Notes: generated by a model from the sequence alone, not told the origin. A stretch of 34,666 nt of DNA from Asterionella formosa (GCA_002256025.1 NKIB01000176.1:1-34666); one strand, 5' to 3'. Shown: positions 22,500 to 33,370, counted from the stretch's first letter. Numbers and translations are program-made.

Positions 22500-23310
22500 A
22501 GTAAAAAACTCTAGTTTCATACTCTCTTTGTCCAGTCTCTAGAATCGAAACCTCATCAACAGTAGATGGTGAACGAAAAGTTGAAATATCGACTTCAACT
22601 GAACTGCCTGATTCCAAAGAACTGATCTTACTTTTTTGCAAAATTGTTTTGAACTATTCTCGATCTCCTCCAAAGCTTCTTGAACCTTCAAAACAAACCA
22701 CCTATTGGCTTCCTCTGAATTACTAGTAATAGAAAATCTTGCAAGAAATTCATCACGTTGCATCTTCACCTTTCTTTCCAACATCTGCACAATGTTTTTG
22801 TTCAATGGCAAGCTGAGCATTTGCAAGTAGCTTGCTGTTTTTCACTGTTTTTATCCCCATGGGATGCACCTCTAGTAACAACTCAGGACCCTTTGTTGTG
22901 ATTTGCTGCTGATCTTAAATGTATTCACACCAACCCTTCCATTTTAGGACTTCCTTCATAATTTGCCAACACCCTTGTAACATAAAATCTCTACCTAGTT
23001 TCCTTTATTTTCCCTCTAATAAAAAGAGCTCAGTACTAGCTTCTTCAAGCTAGTTGTCGTCTGTTGGAAGTAACCTGTGAATAGAGGCCGCAAAACTTCA
23101 TCATGTTGTGATTGATGGTTCCCCATCAGGCAGTGCGTGCGATTGAGGTGCAATCCTTCCCATTCGGGATGAGCTCAACATAAATCTCAAGCACCCCACT
23201 CCAAAACTTGCTTGCTTTGTGACCAGTACCGTTGATTGTGTCTTCACTTACTGCTACCCAGGCCCAGGAGACTGCCTTGTCCTCTTCCACATGAAACCAG
23301 AACCCCCCAT
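22500..23310 (-). pseudogene. Harbinger-associated Myb/SANT-like (NAM-associated type) DNA-binding protein pseudogene
   Basis: The minus-strand frame reads FHVEEDKAVSWAWVAVSEDTINGTGHKASKFWSGV...*WGTINHNMMKFCGLYSQV...GCWQIMKEVLKW, matching the ED..L..AW...D...G.....FW...RW..I....KF and CW..L....KW pattern. It has internal stops. Confidence 0.82.
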
Positions 23311-23938
23311 CCTGATGATTATTTTTATTTTATGATGTTGACTCAATACATATATACACCAAGATGACATTGGCCTATAGCTAGAGTTCTACATGAAGAG
23401 ACTATAGTGAGCAGATGTACTGTAATTTTGTACGCAATAATTAAACCATAAACATTAGGGTGCTGGAGCAAGCCACAATTTCAACCAATAGAACTGCTTC
23501 TTTTATGTGGCTTTGATCGAGTCTAATCAACCAAATACCTGATATTTGGTTGAAAAGGGGGTCACCCTCAACCAAGACCAAAGCATATTTGACTTTGGAC
23601 AATGCAGTGGCTAAAATATTTTTGCTGTTCCCTCTAACATGAGGCATCATGACCTGCAACTTCAACTGGCTTGGTATTTGCTTGATGTGTTGAAAATGAT
23701 TTTATATATTATCTTGCATATAATATGCACTTGAACTATACATGAAGCATGTATGGGGTACATTGTACATCTATTGCTTTTAATTTATTAATAAGCAAGT
23801 CACATAAAAGTATTTCAGCAAAAAATATAGACAAAAAATGAGCTGTCAAGTCCTCTGGTTCTGCAATAAAGGAATTGTCCAAGATTGTTGAAAATAACAA
23901 ACAGAGGAAACCATGTTAATTTGAAAAAAATATTGACA

Positions 23939-25255
23939 CTAAGCTTCTTTCTGCCTTTGGACAACTGCTCGACCTTTCCCCTGTTCAAAAACTAGCTTCA
24001 CCACATGAAGTGAAACAACAAACCATAATACAGTTAATACACTGGCCATTGATGATACTTGTTGTAATGTCACTTTACTTGCTAGTATTGACAATGCCAC
24101 TGCCATGCCTGACTTGCCAAATCTATTAGCAAAAAGTCCAATAATCTCCTTCCCAACAAATCTACTCTCATAATCCAGTGATGCGAAGACCAGTTCATTT
24201 GCAACACCACGTAATGAATATTCCAATGTCTTCATGGTAAAAAACGCCCCTGCAATTGTCAAAAGAGATGGACTATAGCTCATTGCTGCGGAAAATACCA
24301 ACATGGTGGCAGGCATGACAGGCCAAAGTGTTCTGGGGTCCACATATTGCACTGACCAAGGGATGACTGCAAATTGCAAAATGCCACTCACTCCATTGAT
24401 CCATGCATAACAGTTTCCAGTCCAACTGGCACGCTGCTGATCATTGGGAATTGATTCCTTTACCTGCAATATAAACAAGAAACTGACAATGGAGGATAGG
24501 CATTGACATACCAACACTTCGCTACAAAGTGCTCCCAACACTGGCACCCGTTGAAATAGTTCTCGTGCATGTCTGAGTCTATTTATTTTTTCGTTTGATT
24601 TTCCTGGTGTTGTCTCTGGTTGTTGAAGTGTGGGGCTAAAGTCATGTTGTTCAGCTATTCGGTAGGCCTGTTCCGCACAAATGCCACTAAATCCAATGAC
24701 AAAAGCAGCTGCAACCAATAGTCCCCACAAGTCCAAAATTTTAGCCAACATCCCCACGCTTGATGCAGCCAAAGTAGACGAGAGTGATCCAATTCCAGCA
24801 ATAGGAGCAAACCACGATTTGTTGTTTGTCGGTATACTCCCAAGAAACGCCCAATGTTGTGTGAACAAGAGTTGTACCAGGGCATTCTGAGAAACAAATA
24901 AGAAAGTAGCCATTGTCTGTGATACTCGTAAATGCTTATTCGAGGAAGTGTCCAAGATGGCAAAAATGATTCCCCCCACAAGACATAATGAGGAGAATAG
25001 CATGGTACTTTTGCGAATAGCAACCTTTGGACCCATTGTCTCGACGACTCCTGTATACCACCATAGTAACAGTATAGAGAAAGGAGAAACCAATCCAGTT
25101 GCAGCTGGCATGGCAGCTGGACTTGAGAACCCTGATTGGCGCGATGTGAACAATGCGATGGTAGCAGATCGAACCAACTCGTAGCCAGCAAAATGAAGAG
25201 CGCTCGCTAACGACATGTAGGAAATGGCACGTCTCTGATAATTGGTTTCTGGCAT
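23939..25255 (-). CDS. Multi-pass MFS-fold transporter, nucleotide transporter (NTT/TLC ATP:ADP antiporter)-like, ~438 aa from the first in-frame ATG
   Basis: About 11-12 hydrophobic helices. The C-terminal motif KTLEYSLRGVANELVFASLDYESRFVGKEIIGLFANRFGKSG resembles the TLC/NTT K..KYS....EM.Y.PL..E.K..GK..ID....GKSG signature. The 5' end is uncertain: the frame is open to 25351 without an ATG. Confidence 0.75.
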   Translation of the reverse strand: MPETNYQRRAISYMSLASALHFAGYELVRSATIALFTSRQSGFSSPAAMPAATGLVSPFSILLLWWYTGVVETMGPKVAIRKSTMLFSSLCLVGGIIFAILDTSSNKHLRVSQTMATFLFVSQNALVQLLFTQHWAFLGSIPTNNKSWFAPIAGIGSLSSTLAASSVGMLAKILDLWGLLVAAAFVIGFSGICAEQAYRIAEQHDFSPTLQQPETTPGKSNEKINRLRHARELFQRVPVLGALCSEVLVCQCLSSIVSFLFILQVKESIPNDQQRASWTGNCYAWINGVSGILQFAVIPWSVQYVDPRTLWPVMPATMLVFSAAMSYSPSLLTIAGAFFTMKTLEYSLRGVANELVFASLDYESRFVGKEIIGLFANRFGKSGMAVALSILASKVTLQQVSSMASVLTVLWFVVSLHVVKLVFEQGKGRAVVQRQKEA

Positions 25256-25416
25256 CGAATGAATATCTCTGGAAATGTTTCTTTTTGCGATGAATGGAAG
25301 GGATATGAAAGCTCGTTTGAATGGGCTTAGAGTATTATGTAGTTGCAACAGTCATCCAATTTTACCATTTTTGTGGAAAGGAAGTGATCGAAATTGCTGA
25401 TGTTCTCAGTTGTGTG

Positions 25417-25490
25417 TCGTACCTGGTACCCTGGTACTAGCACTACACTTACTATAATACCGGCATCATTATGTATGCGTACCGGCATGT
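25417..25490. repeat. TACC(W)GGTA cluster upstream of the NTT-like gene
   Basis: GTACCTGGTACCCTGGTAC 25419-25438 plus two TACCGGCAT variants. Confidence 0.75.
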
Positions 25491-25626
25491 AATAGAAAGA
25501 GGAAGAACTGATGATCTCATACGAGGATGATAGGAACATGCTGTCAGGAACAAATCGATCGGATGACTCGCGTCGTTTAGTCGGAAAATGCAACCGGGTG
25601 CTTTTGTAAAGGTAATGTCTGAGTAT

Positions 25627-25656
25627 GTATGGCGTAGTATGGCGTAGTATGGCGTA
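25627..25656. repeat. 10-bp tandem repeat (GTATGGCGTA)x3
   Basis: Directly visible, at the left edge of the Copia gag relic. Confidence 0.9.
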
Positions 25657-25719
25657 CAATATCAGTTTCTTCCTCCCCTCATCCTCACACTTGATATTGC
25701 GGCCCTCTTCAGCAGTTCC

Positions 25720-26025
25720 TCTAGCTGACTCCCCACCAGTACATTGCACTAGTGGTAGTGGCGCTAACGGTTTCCTTGGCATCGTCATGGCCACTGCTCC
25801 TTATTTACTTTGCGCTGGCGAACCATTTCTACTGCCTGCTAGAGCATCGATCCATGGAACCCAGCCCACTCACAGTGCCACCGCCACACAGTCACAAATC
25901 ACTGCGGCAAAATGCTACTAGTGCAACACTTCCCTTGATGTTTCTCGCCGCTATTCTCAAGTCCATGAATCCCTCTGTCAACAGCCCAATCATACTCAAT
26001 CCTTACCAGTTGGCTGCCTCATGGT
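25720..26025 (+). mobile_element. Relic of a Ty1/Copia (diatom CoDi-like) gag N-terminus
   Basis: The frame VHCTSGSGANGFLGIVMATAPYLLCAGEPFLLP...HGTQPTHSATATQSQITAAKCY*..SLDVSRRYSQVHESLCQQ resembles the GGG.HGHLGLV....Y......F..P..PG..P.H...AT..QI..ANR pattern I recognise from diatom Copia gag. It is CpG-decayed with a stop, and no LTR was found. Confidence 0.6.
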
Positions 26026-26871
26026 AGACTACAGGTATATGTGTATACATATGCATATAGAGGTAGGTATACTGGTAGTCAACAAAGTTAAGTAATGTGC
26101 TTGTATTAGCCTAATTCCTTCTGTACATAGTCGATAAAAGTCTAAATTGCTGATATGATGACAAAAACTGCAAATTAATCTTACCTAAAAGGCCTCTACC
26201 ACCATTATTGAGGATCTCAATGTTGTATCATTCCAGCTTTTCCTGTTGGTGCAACAAACGTTATATGATTTGATGAAAGGTTTGTTAATAGTGAGGCAGC
26301 CAGCTGAAAAGCTGGAATGGGGATGCTTGTTTTAATAAGGGTTGACCCCATGTTGGAAGCATTTTTTGCGTTTTGAATGTTTTTTTATGAACTCAGATGG
26401 TCAAAACTCCTGGCGCAGCCATGATTTCCACTTTGTACCATAACAAGGTACACTCTACACCAAAAAACATGGTACATTCTTGCTTATAGACTAACTTTGT
26501 CAACTTTGTGCATGAGGATGGCCAAATCTCCTTTCTATGTATGTTCGGCATTCTCTGGTTGATTCATACATTTCTTGACATATGTTGTAGATGATGAGGA
26601 GGAGACACTTGTAACATGTTGGTTTAATTTTGAAGGATGGCAAATGAGCGATATATGCAAAAAAATTGAATTTTAGAATTTTACATTGACAATGAGCATT
26701 TCTTTTAAGCCGAGTGGTGCACGATGTACACAGTTGTGTTAATTTGGTGCATCAGAATCATATGGCCAAATTCCTTTACATATATCATCCTAGTCATTTC
26801 CCACTTTTCCAACAACACAACATTGAACTTTCCGGGATACTTGCCTTCTATTAATTATAGTACTCTGGTAC

Positions 26872-27397
26872 ACGACCTACACCCGTTCCCACGGCGCTGC
26901 TGCTGCTTACTTCACCCTTGAACATGGTGCTTTCCGCCCATGCTGCTCCTCTCACTCCTGCTCCTCCTGATATTCCTATGGCTGAATATGTCTCCTTTAC
27001 ACTACTCCTGCTCATCCCCCATGCAAATCCTACAAGTCTACATTTGCTACTTCGGTCGAAACCGGAAAGCTCCGCTTGGGTTCATAATGCCATTGAAATG
27101 CAATCTCTTTTACCCAATCTCGCCCCTCTGACCCTCCAACCACCACTCTTGACCCCCTTCACACATGCACACTTGCAGCTTTGGTCCAAAACAACATCTA
27201 CTCCAAATGACATCTCTGCAAACTCCCTTGAAACTAATACTTCTACAAAGAAGCTCACTGTTATACATTGTCTTCAACCAACCCAAAGCAATAGCAGCAC
27301 TACTCACAGCCCTCAACACCATTCTGCCCAGATTTCATCCTGGCAATCGCCTGCCAGGATTAACAATTCAAATTTAAATTCACCGAAATCGCAATAA
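26872..27397 (+). pseudogene. C-rich, CpG-decayed coding relic, probably retroelement-derived
   Basis: Strong C bias and TpG/CpA excess. One frame is open for 159 codons (26918-27397). The frame starting at 26872 has 11 Cys codons and 5 TGA in ~163 codons, as expected from Arg CGN deamination. The family was not recognised. Confidence 0.4.
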
Positions 27398-29967
27398 AGT
27401 ACGGCACACTATATGCATTTGCACTATTTGTAAAATGAAGTTTTATGTCGCAATGAATTATCCTCTAAACTAAAATCTATCTTGAACTTTTAAAGTAATT
27501 AGTTGTGATATAAAATATTTCCGCCTTCTTGAGCTCACTTTATGCTTGTCAAACATCACATGAAAACCAGGAAGAGTAATCTTTTTGAAATAGAATAGTG
27601 CAAATTATGTACGTGATGTGCAAAACAGTAAATTGTTGATTATCCATGCATGAAAATAGACACCACAAATATCGTTATTAATTCGTAAATGAAGGTGCGT
27701 GTTGTAAATGAATTATCCACGAGAGCAGGATGTTAGTTGAAATTTGAAATGAATTATTTAAATCATGGGGAGCGATCTAATTGAGTCTAGCTATCAAAAA
27801 GTTCATCGTGAATGCTTCACATGAAATCATTAAAACTTCATGTGAAACCATTAAAAGAAACCTTATTTACTACGTGATTGGCATTAATTCATGTGAAGTA
27901 ACACATAATTTACACTCCTACATGGATAAAATTTCGAAAAGTGGCGTATTTCGAGACATAGAAGCAACATCCTCCAAGTGGAGTTGATAGGAGCACTTCC
28001 CTGGACTATTTGTACCTGCGCATGAAACAAGCAAGTTGTCTAATACTGTTAGCTATTAGCTAGATGGGGAAGCTTGAGAAATTATTATTGGCATAAAAAT
28101 CAGGAAAGCCGCAGCACGCATGATGCTTCTAACTTGCCACCAATCTTACATTTTTGAACACCAATATTCCAGACTTTGTTCAATTTTCCAAAATCGAGTT
28201 CGCAGTAGTAGAAAGAAATTCACCTAGAACTTAGTAATTTATTAACTTTTTGTTTTGTTCCCACCCACCACTAATGCGAAATGCCGATGGTACACAAATT
28301 GTCTCAGTTGCTCAGCACAATGCCACCACATGCGATCTGATCAACAAAATCAGCCATTGAACAGGAACTTTTGATCACACAGAAAAGACATAAATCGATT
28401 TGATTGTTGAGTGTGCTCTTGATCATTCGACACACAACATGCCACATGGAGTATATATAGGAGATTTTCTCGTGTTCAAATCATCGAGATTGACAAAAAT
28501 GACGAAGAATGCCAAATTGAATACAAGAAGCTCCGTATAGTGAGTTGGAACTTCTTCTTCAAGACTCACCCTCATGCAGGAACAGTACTTACATTTACTA
28601 GCCTCTGTAACTGCCATTCATTTGTAATTTCTGTTCCATTTGATTAAATTATCGTGAAATTGGTATTATTTTTGGTGGATGATAGATTGCGACTACAATG
28701 CATAGACTTGCTTAGCTGGTGGTCGTGTTGGATGCAATCCATGTTCTGGGGTCGCATAACGACACAATTTTAGAATCTCAGCCAGCCCTAGGATGAGGGG
28801 CAGTTTTTGAGGAAATTAGCTATACAATACATAGAAAATATACTCGGAAAGTTCAGGCAAACAGCTGTGTGTATTTTGATGCATCATGGCTATCATCTAT
28901 TTCAATATACACATGCTTGGTGCGAAGCCTCATGATGCAGTTGAATTCATTGATGAGGATTTTGTTCAGTAATTGTACTACTAAGAAAGTGTATAGCAAT
29001 TTGTGAAATTTATTCAGAAAAATTACAGGATTAGTGCTAACTTGTAATGTTTGAGGGAATGCGATCAATGACTTGCCAAGACTCCTGTAGCTGTTGCCCC
29101 CTGCACTCCTCATGTTTCCGATTGATCTCGTTACCAAATCTGACCACCATATGTAGTAAGTACTAGGTTTCTTAAAAGAGAAAACAGCAAAAAGCCAGTC
29201 CTTTGTAGCAGGATCATTGAAACAGAATGAAAGCATTTTGGGCTTTTGCGTTTCTTCACTTGACATTGAATAGATATAAATGTTTTGATTTTTTTTGTTG
29301 ATCCTATGTCCCCCAAAATGTAGTAGAATCTCGTTCATTTTCCCCTTTTTTCACGCTTAAGTTATGCCTATTAAAAAATGTCTAGAATACGGTATATCAT
29401 TTCATTAAATCGCTTGTTGTTATTAGTTCTTATTCCAAATATTAATGCAAGCCTCCTTATTAGCCAACACCTTTTAACTATAAAAATAGTACTCCTCACT
29501 ACTATTCATGCCATTATGAACTACCGGTATATACTATAATTATGGATTAGGACCAGGTCATATATTGAACTATACCTTTTTTCCGTTTCTGTTGCAGCTA
29601 TAAATGGGCTGCATTGGCAATGCTAACATATTCAGTATTCGTATGTTAATTAAATTTTTATAGTATTACGCAGCTACAGCTATTCAATTCTCATACGCAT
29701 CCATTAAATATTCAATTTTTATCGCCTTAAAACTACTCTATTGGGGATAGGGCAGCTCGTGTGGCACTTCCCGGCGTGAACAGCCTGGGTTTCGAAAATA
29801 CTAACCCATCTGATATCAGCATAACTCATGTATTGATTTCTGGCGCTTTGGATGGTGGTTTTGGTAACACACTGTCGACCGCCCTGTCAAGGTGTGAGTG
29901 AGTCATAGTGGGTTACTGATGGTGGTAGTCAACATGTATGCATATCTGGGGTAAGGAATCAGCACTT

Positions 29968-30495
29968 CATGGTACCTGGGTACCACATCGGCAGCAGCTC
30001 CTCGCTCAAAGAAGACGAGCGAGCCGAATGACGACAGCACATTTTCTCGTCATACGCTTTCCTATTCCCGGTACCAGGGTAGCTGGTACCACAAGTAGTC
30101 TACTGGAATTATATTGATAGAGACAACGAGTGCCTTGTCACCATTCATTATTTGCATTTTACGACTCACAGAGTCAACTGACCAACATCGTACTACTGTA
30201 TAGTCTCACACGTCTTGAATTTGTCCTCTACCGGTACCTGGTATCGGTACTTCCGATTATAAACCAGTATACCCGGTTGGAGTGTGTATGCTTCTTATGC
30301 TGCTACCAGGTACTACCGGTAGGACTGGATGAAACTACAGGTAGGTTAGCACACAGTCTACTGGTATGTATGTACATGTTTTTATTTATATGGACACTGC
30401 TTTGTCGTCTGATCAATAATGATACCTGGTACCGGTATACGGTATAGATGAAGTGCTACGACCTGTACGAGGTATACCAGGCACAAGGTACCTCG
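29968..30495. repeat. TACC(W)GGTA / GGTACC cluster upstream of the thioesterase
   Basis: GGTACCTGGGTACC 29971, CGGTACCAGGGTAGCTGGTACC 30069, TACCGGTACCTGGTA 30229, TACCAGGTACTACCGGTA 30305, TACCTGGTACCGGTA 30423. Confidence 0.88.
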
Positions 30496-30653
30496 AACTC
30501 CGGCACTCACAAAACTCAGAAATGGTTCCGGGAGTGATATCAACTGCTTTGTTTGCTTGTCATTGTCTCCGAATCCCGTTCTTCTCGTCTTTACTCCTTA
30601 TGCAAATTAAAAATCGAGGTGCATTTGGTATCACAACTCCCCCGCTTGCTTTG

Positions 30654-31292
30654 ATGAAACGCACACACCCTTCCACTAGCCGATTCGATACAATGCCACC
30701 TCAATCGCATGCTGACACAGCAACGTCGCCATCAGGCGTCGATGACGACAAGAATAACAACAAGCCCACGTGGATCTCGCAATACCAATCGACATGGGGA
30801 GATCGAGTGATTCTTCCAGAATGGGAACATCAGAGTGATCATAGAGATACCAATGGATGGCAAGGGCGTGATTTGATTCATGATATCGATGCTCCAGTTC
30901 GCATTTTGGACTACTACGTCACGTTCAAGGATGGTGGAGTTGGGACGACTCTGACAGGAGTAGTCCATTACACCCCTCGAGCTGAATCCCACGCTGGATA
31001 TTGTCATGGAGGAAGTATGTGTTCGGTCATGGACGATGTCATTGGGTGGTGTGGATTTATGGTCACAGGAGTGTGCCTCCCATGGTCGGGCTTTACTGTA
31101 CAAGTGAATACAAGTCTGCAGAAACCAATCCTTGTTGGAAGCTTCCTTGTTGTGGTAGGGACAATCAGCAAGGTGGATCGACGAAAGGTGTCGATTCAAG
31201 CGAAACTCGTTGATATGAGCGGGGAGGAAGAGGTGGTACATGCGACGTGTGAAGGCCTTGTTATTATCAATAAAGGAATCCTACCAGAATGA
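30654..31292 (+). CDS. Hotdog-fold acyl-CoA thioesterase (PaaI/THEM4-like)
   Basis: AESHAGYCHGGSMCSVMDD (HGG...D signature), FTVQVNTSLQKPI, VDRRKVSIQAKL and HATCEGLVI. The start is uncertain (ATG 30600, 30654 or 30693). The track's extension to 30453 translates the TACC repeats and is likely spurious. Confidence 0.85.
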   Translation: MKRTHPSTSRFDTMPPQSHADTATSPSGVDDDKNNNKPTWISQYQSTWGDRVILPEWEHQSDHRDTNGWQGRDLIHDIDAPVRILDYYVTFKDGGVGTTLTGVVHYTPRAESHAGYCHGGSMCSVMDDVIGWCGFMVTGVCLPWSGFTVQVNTSLQKPILVGSFLVVVGTISKVDRRKVSIQAKLVDMSGEEEVVHATCEGLVIINKGILPE

Positions 31293-31435
31293 TGTACCGA
31301 GTGAAATGACAGGAGAGTCGTTCCATTGCCCAAATATTGCAAAGAGGATATAATGTACATACATACTCAAAGCATGGCTACTCGTCACTTTCGTAATGTG
31401 ACGTATTGTTGCACTTTCACAGTTTCTAGTTTGTT

Positions 31436-32284
31436 TTAATCCCGATTCGCTTCCAGAGCCAACATCGGAACTGGAAAGAGCTCGTCAGGAAAATTCGTCT
31501 GCCTCTCTTGGTACACTACTCGTAAACCAGCTTTTTCAATAAGCTTGAGCCAATAGGGGAGCGATCGTGTCACGGAGGCATCGTCCTTGTCCAAAACAAA
31601 GGTCTCGCCCTCGCACGTGTTTTCTTTCAGGACAATGACCCCATACTCCGTCAATGCACTTTTACATCGCGTTAAGAATGCCACAATGTCCTCATCCACA
31701 AGATAGCACAGCACCCACTGAATCCAAATGATGGAATATGTGTTTTCTTTCGGCGTCCATTCTTGCAAGCCTCGACAATAGAACCGACACCGACTTGACA
31801 ACTCGTCGCCAATGTAGATTGGTGCTTCCGCCAAAAGTTTTTCTGACGATTCGATCAAATCACATTGTGAAACACCCAGTGGTAATAACAGTCCCTTACT
31901 AACTCGTCCAATTCCAGCTCCACATTCACATGCCACAACAGCAGCAGCATCATTTGTGGCTTGCAGTAGTTTAGGCCTAATGGTGTGTTGCAAGGTGGAT
32001 ACAAATTCTCTGGAAAAGTCCAAATCGCAAGTGGAAATGTGTGAAAACCCACCCAACACTCCATCTACAGTGGCATCACAATGATCTTCATAGTACGTTG
32101 CAGCTCGTTCGTACCAATTGGTATTTAAGTCACCAGCCACAACACCTTCCGATTCCCACATTTGTTCGATGGAGCTGTATTTCTGGCCGTAACTGTCACT
32201 GCCGATTGCGCCACTACTTGTAGCGTTGTTGTTATCGTTCTCAAGTTCTGTAGCACCAGGCATGGTCATGGTTGTTGAATGCAT
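31436..32284 (-). CDS. NTM1: Alpha-N-terminal protein methyltransferase 1 (NTM1/NTMT1/Tae1 family)
   Basis: WYERAATYY, ATVDGVLGGF, CECGAGIGRVSKGLL, IIWIQWVLCYLVD, IVLKEN, DDASVTRS and FPDELFPVPMLAL. The start is ATG 32284, 32269 or 32263. Confidence 0.93.
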   Translation of the reverse strand: MHSTTMTMPGATELENDNNNATSSGAIGSDSYGQKYSSIEQMWESEGVVAGDLNTNWYERAATYYEDHCDATVDGVLGGFSHISTCDLDFSREFVSTLQHTIRPKLLQATNDAAAVVACECGAGIGRVSKGLLLPLGVSQCDLIESSEKLLAEAPIYIGDELSSRCRFYCRGLQEWTPKENTYSIIWIQWVLCYLVDEDIVAFLTRCKSALTEYGVIVLKENTCEGETFVLDKDDASVTRSLPYWLKLIEKAGLRVVYQERQTNFPDELFPVPMLALEANRD

Positions 32285-32334
32285 AAAATGGTTGTCGTAG
32301 TTTTGGATGTCACAGTGTAGGAGGTGATGAGTGG

Positions 32335-32395
32335 GATACCTCCGGTACCTGATACCTGGGACCTGGTACCACCAGGTAGTTTGGTCTGGTATCGT
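32335..32395. repeat. TACC(W)GGTA cluster just upstream of NTM1
   Basis: ATACCTCCGGTACCTGATACCTGGGACCTGGTACCACCAGGTAG, 50-110 bp 5' of the ATG. Confidence 0.8.
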
Positions 32396-32788
32396 GAATA
32401 GCAAGTACCTCTACAGAGACAGTGAAATCGTCGTAATGACAGACACTAGCAAAATGATCTGGCTGGCCATATACCGTACCGATGATGGTAAGGGGCAGGT
32501 TGCGGTAAATGAGAAAGTTAGCTTTGTTTTCCTCATAGTAAGAACCGTCTGTTACCCCTGCTCCCAATGAAAAATTTTGCAAAGAAACAAAAAAATAGGT
32601 TGCTTGCTTGGCTGCAAATGTTGGCTGGACTCTAGGAATCATCAAAACGTATTTATTCTTTAACAAACAATATATTTGATAGCCAAGGAAAGGATTGTCG
32701 CCGTTTTGTCCATTTGCAACTAGATAAAGTAGCCACACACTTCGAGATCACTAGTTTGGATGAATGAATTATTATGCTCAAGCAATAC

Positions 32789-33370
32789 TTATAGGCTAGA
32801 CGTTTGTTCGCCTTCATATTGAATAGGGATTGTCACAGCTTCATCTGCCACCTTTACAAAAGTTGTCATGGCATTCACAGTATCTTTGTACAAGGCATAA
32901 AGCTTTCCCTCTGGAAGCTTCTTTCCTCGAACCGCAACAGCGGCTGTCGAATCCAGTTGTTCCAATGCCCGGATAAATGTTTGATATGTGCTCGTCATGA
33001 GTTTCGCGTCCGGACCGTCTTCTGCTCCACGCACCAATGTAAAGGCAGCCTTACGAACTTCTGAAAAGGGGGCAACTCGAATGGCAGCACGTAAACCTTC
33101 CGCATCGCCCGTACTGGCGTACAGTTCCATAGTATCCAGTTGCTTCGAGGCCCTTTTGACATTGCGAAGAGAGGCGGACGAAGCAACTTTGCTGGTAATG
33201 TCGGCATTGGCAACGAGAGGAGAAACAACGAATGCTCCAGCAATACCAAAGGCTGCAGAAGAAAAGGCTTGTCTTCGGGATATACTTGAATGTGTTGAAA
33301 GGGCTGATATAGTCTCGCAAGCCAAAAAGGTGGCAATGGCGATTGAGAGGAGAGTCGTTGCTTTCGTCAT
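32789..33370 (-). CDS. Thylakoid-lumen-targeted helical protein, PsbQ-like, 193 aa
   Basis: Signal peptide MTKATTLLSIAIATFLACETISA, short transit peptide, twin-arginine SRRQAF, hydrophobic core and ANA cleavage site. The ~135-aa mature part is Ala/Lys-rich and helical, consistent with a PsbQ-type four-helix bundle (the family assignment is inferred). Confidence 0.7.
   Translation of the reverse strand: MTKATTLLSIAIATFLACETISALSTHSSISRRQAFSSAAFGIAGAFVVSPLVANADITSKVASSASLRNVKRASKQLDTMELYASTGDAEGLRAAIRVAPFSEVRKAAFTLVRGAEDGPDAKLMTSTYQTFIRALEQLDSTAAVAVRGKKLPEGKLYALYKDTVNAMTTFVKVADEAVTIPIQYEGEQTSSL

Larger units (their letters stand above)
21357..23310. mobile_element. Decayed PIF/Harbinger DNA transposon (convergent transposase and Myb/SANT-like genes)
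   Basis: Two fragmented ORFs in the typical Harbinger pairing (see the next two features). No TIRs or TSD could be identified by eye. Confidence 0.88.

Noticed and set aside
25505..25535. CTGATGA plus a short stem as a hammerhead ribozyme (also ~4671 and ~4950)
   Set aside because: The required GAAA after stem II and the flanking stems are missing.
26073..29934. Direct repeat TGGTAGTCAACA at 26073 and 29923 as LTR ends
   Set aside because: Similarity does not extend beyond 12 bp and there is no TSD. Shared 12-mers are expected by chance in 35 kb.
6578..33370. Metabolic gene cluster (riboflavin, sterol reductase, CRAL-TRIO, thioesterase, methyltransferase, transporter)
   Set aside because: The genes belong to unrelated housekeeping pathways and compartments. 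NTM1 methylates proteins, and there is no signature biosynthetic enzyme.
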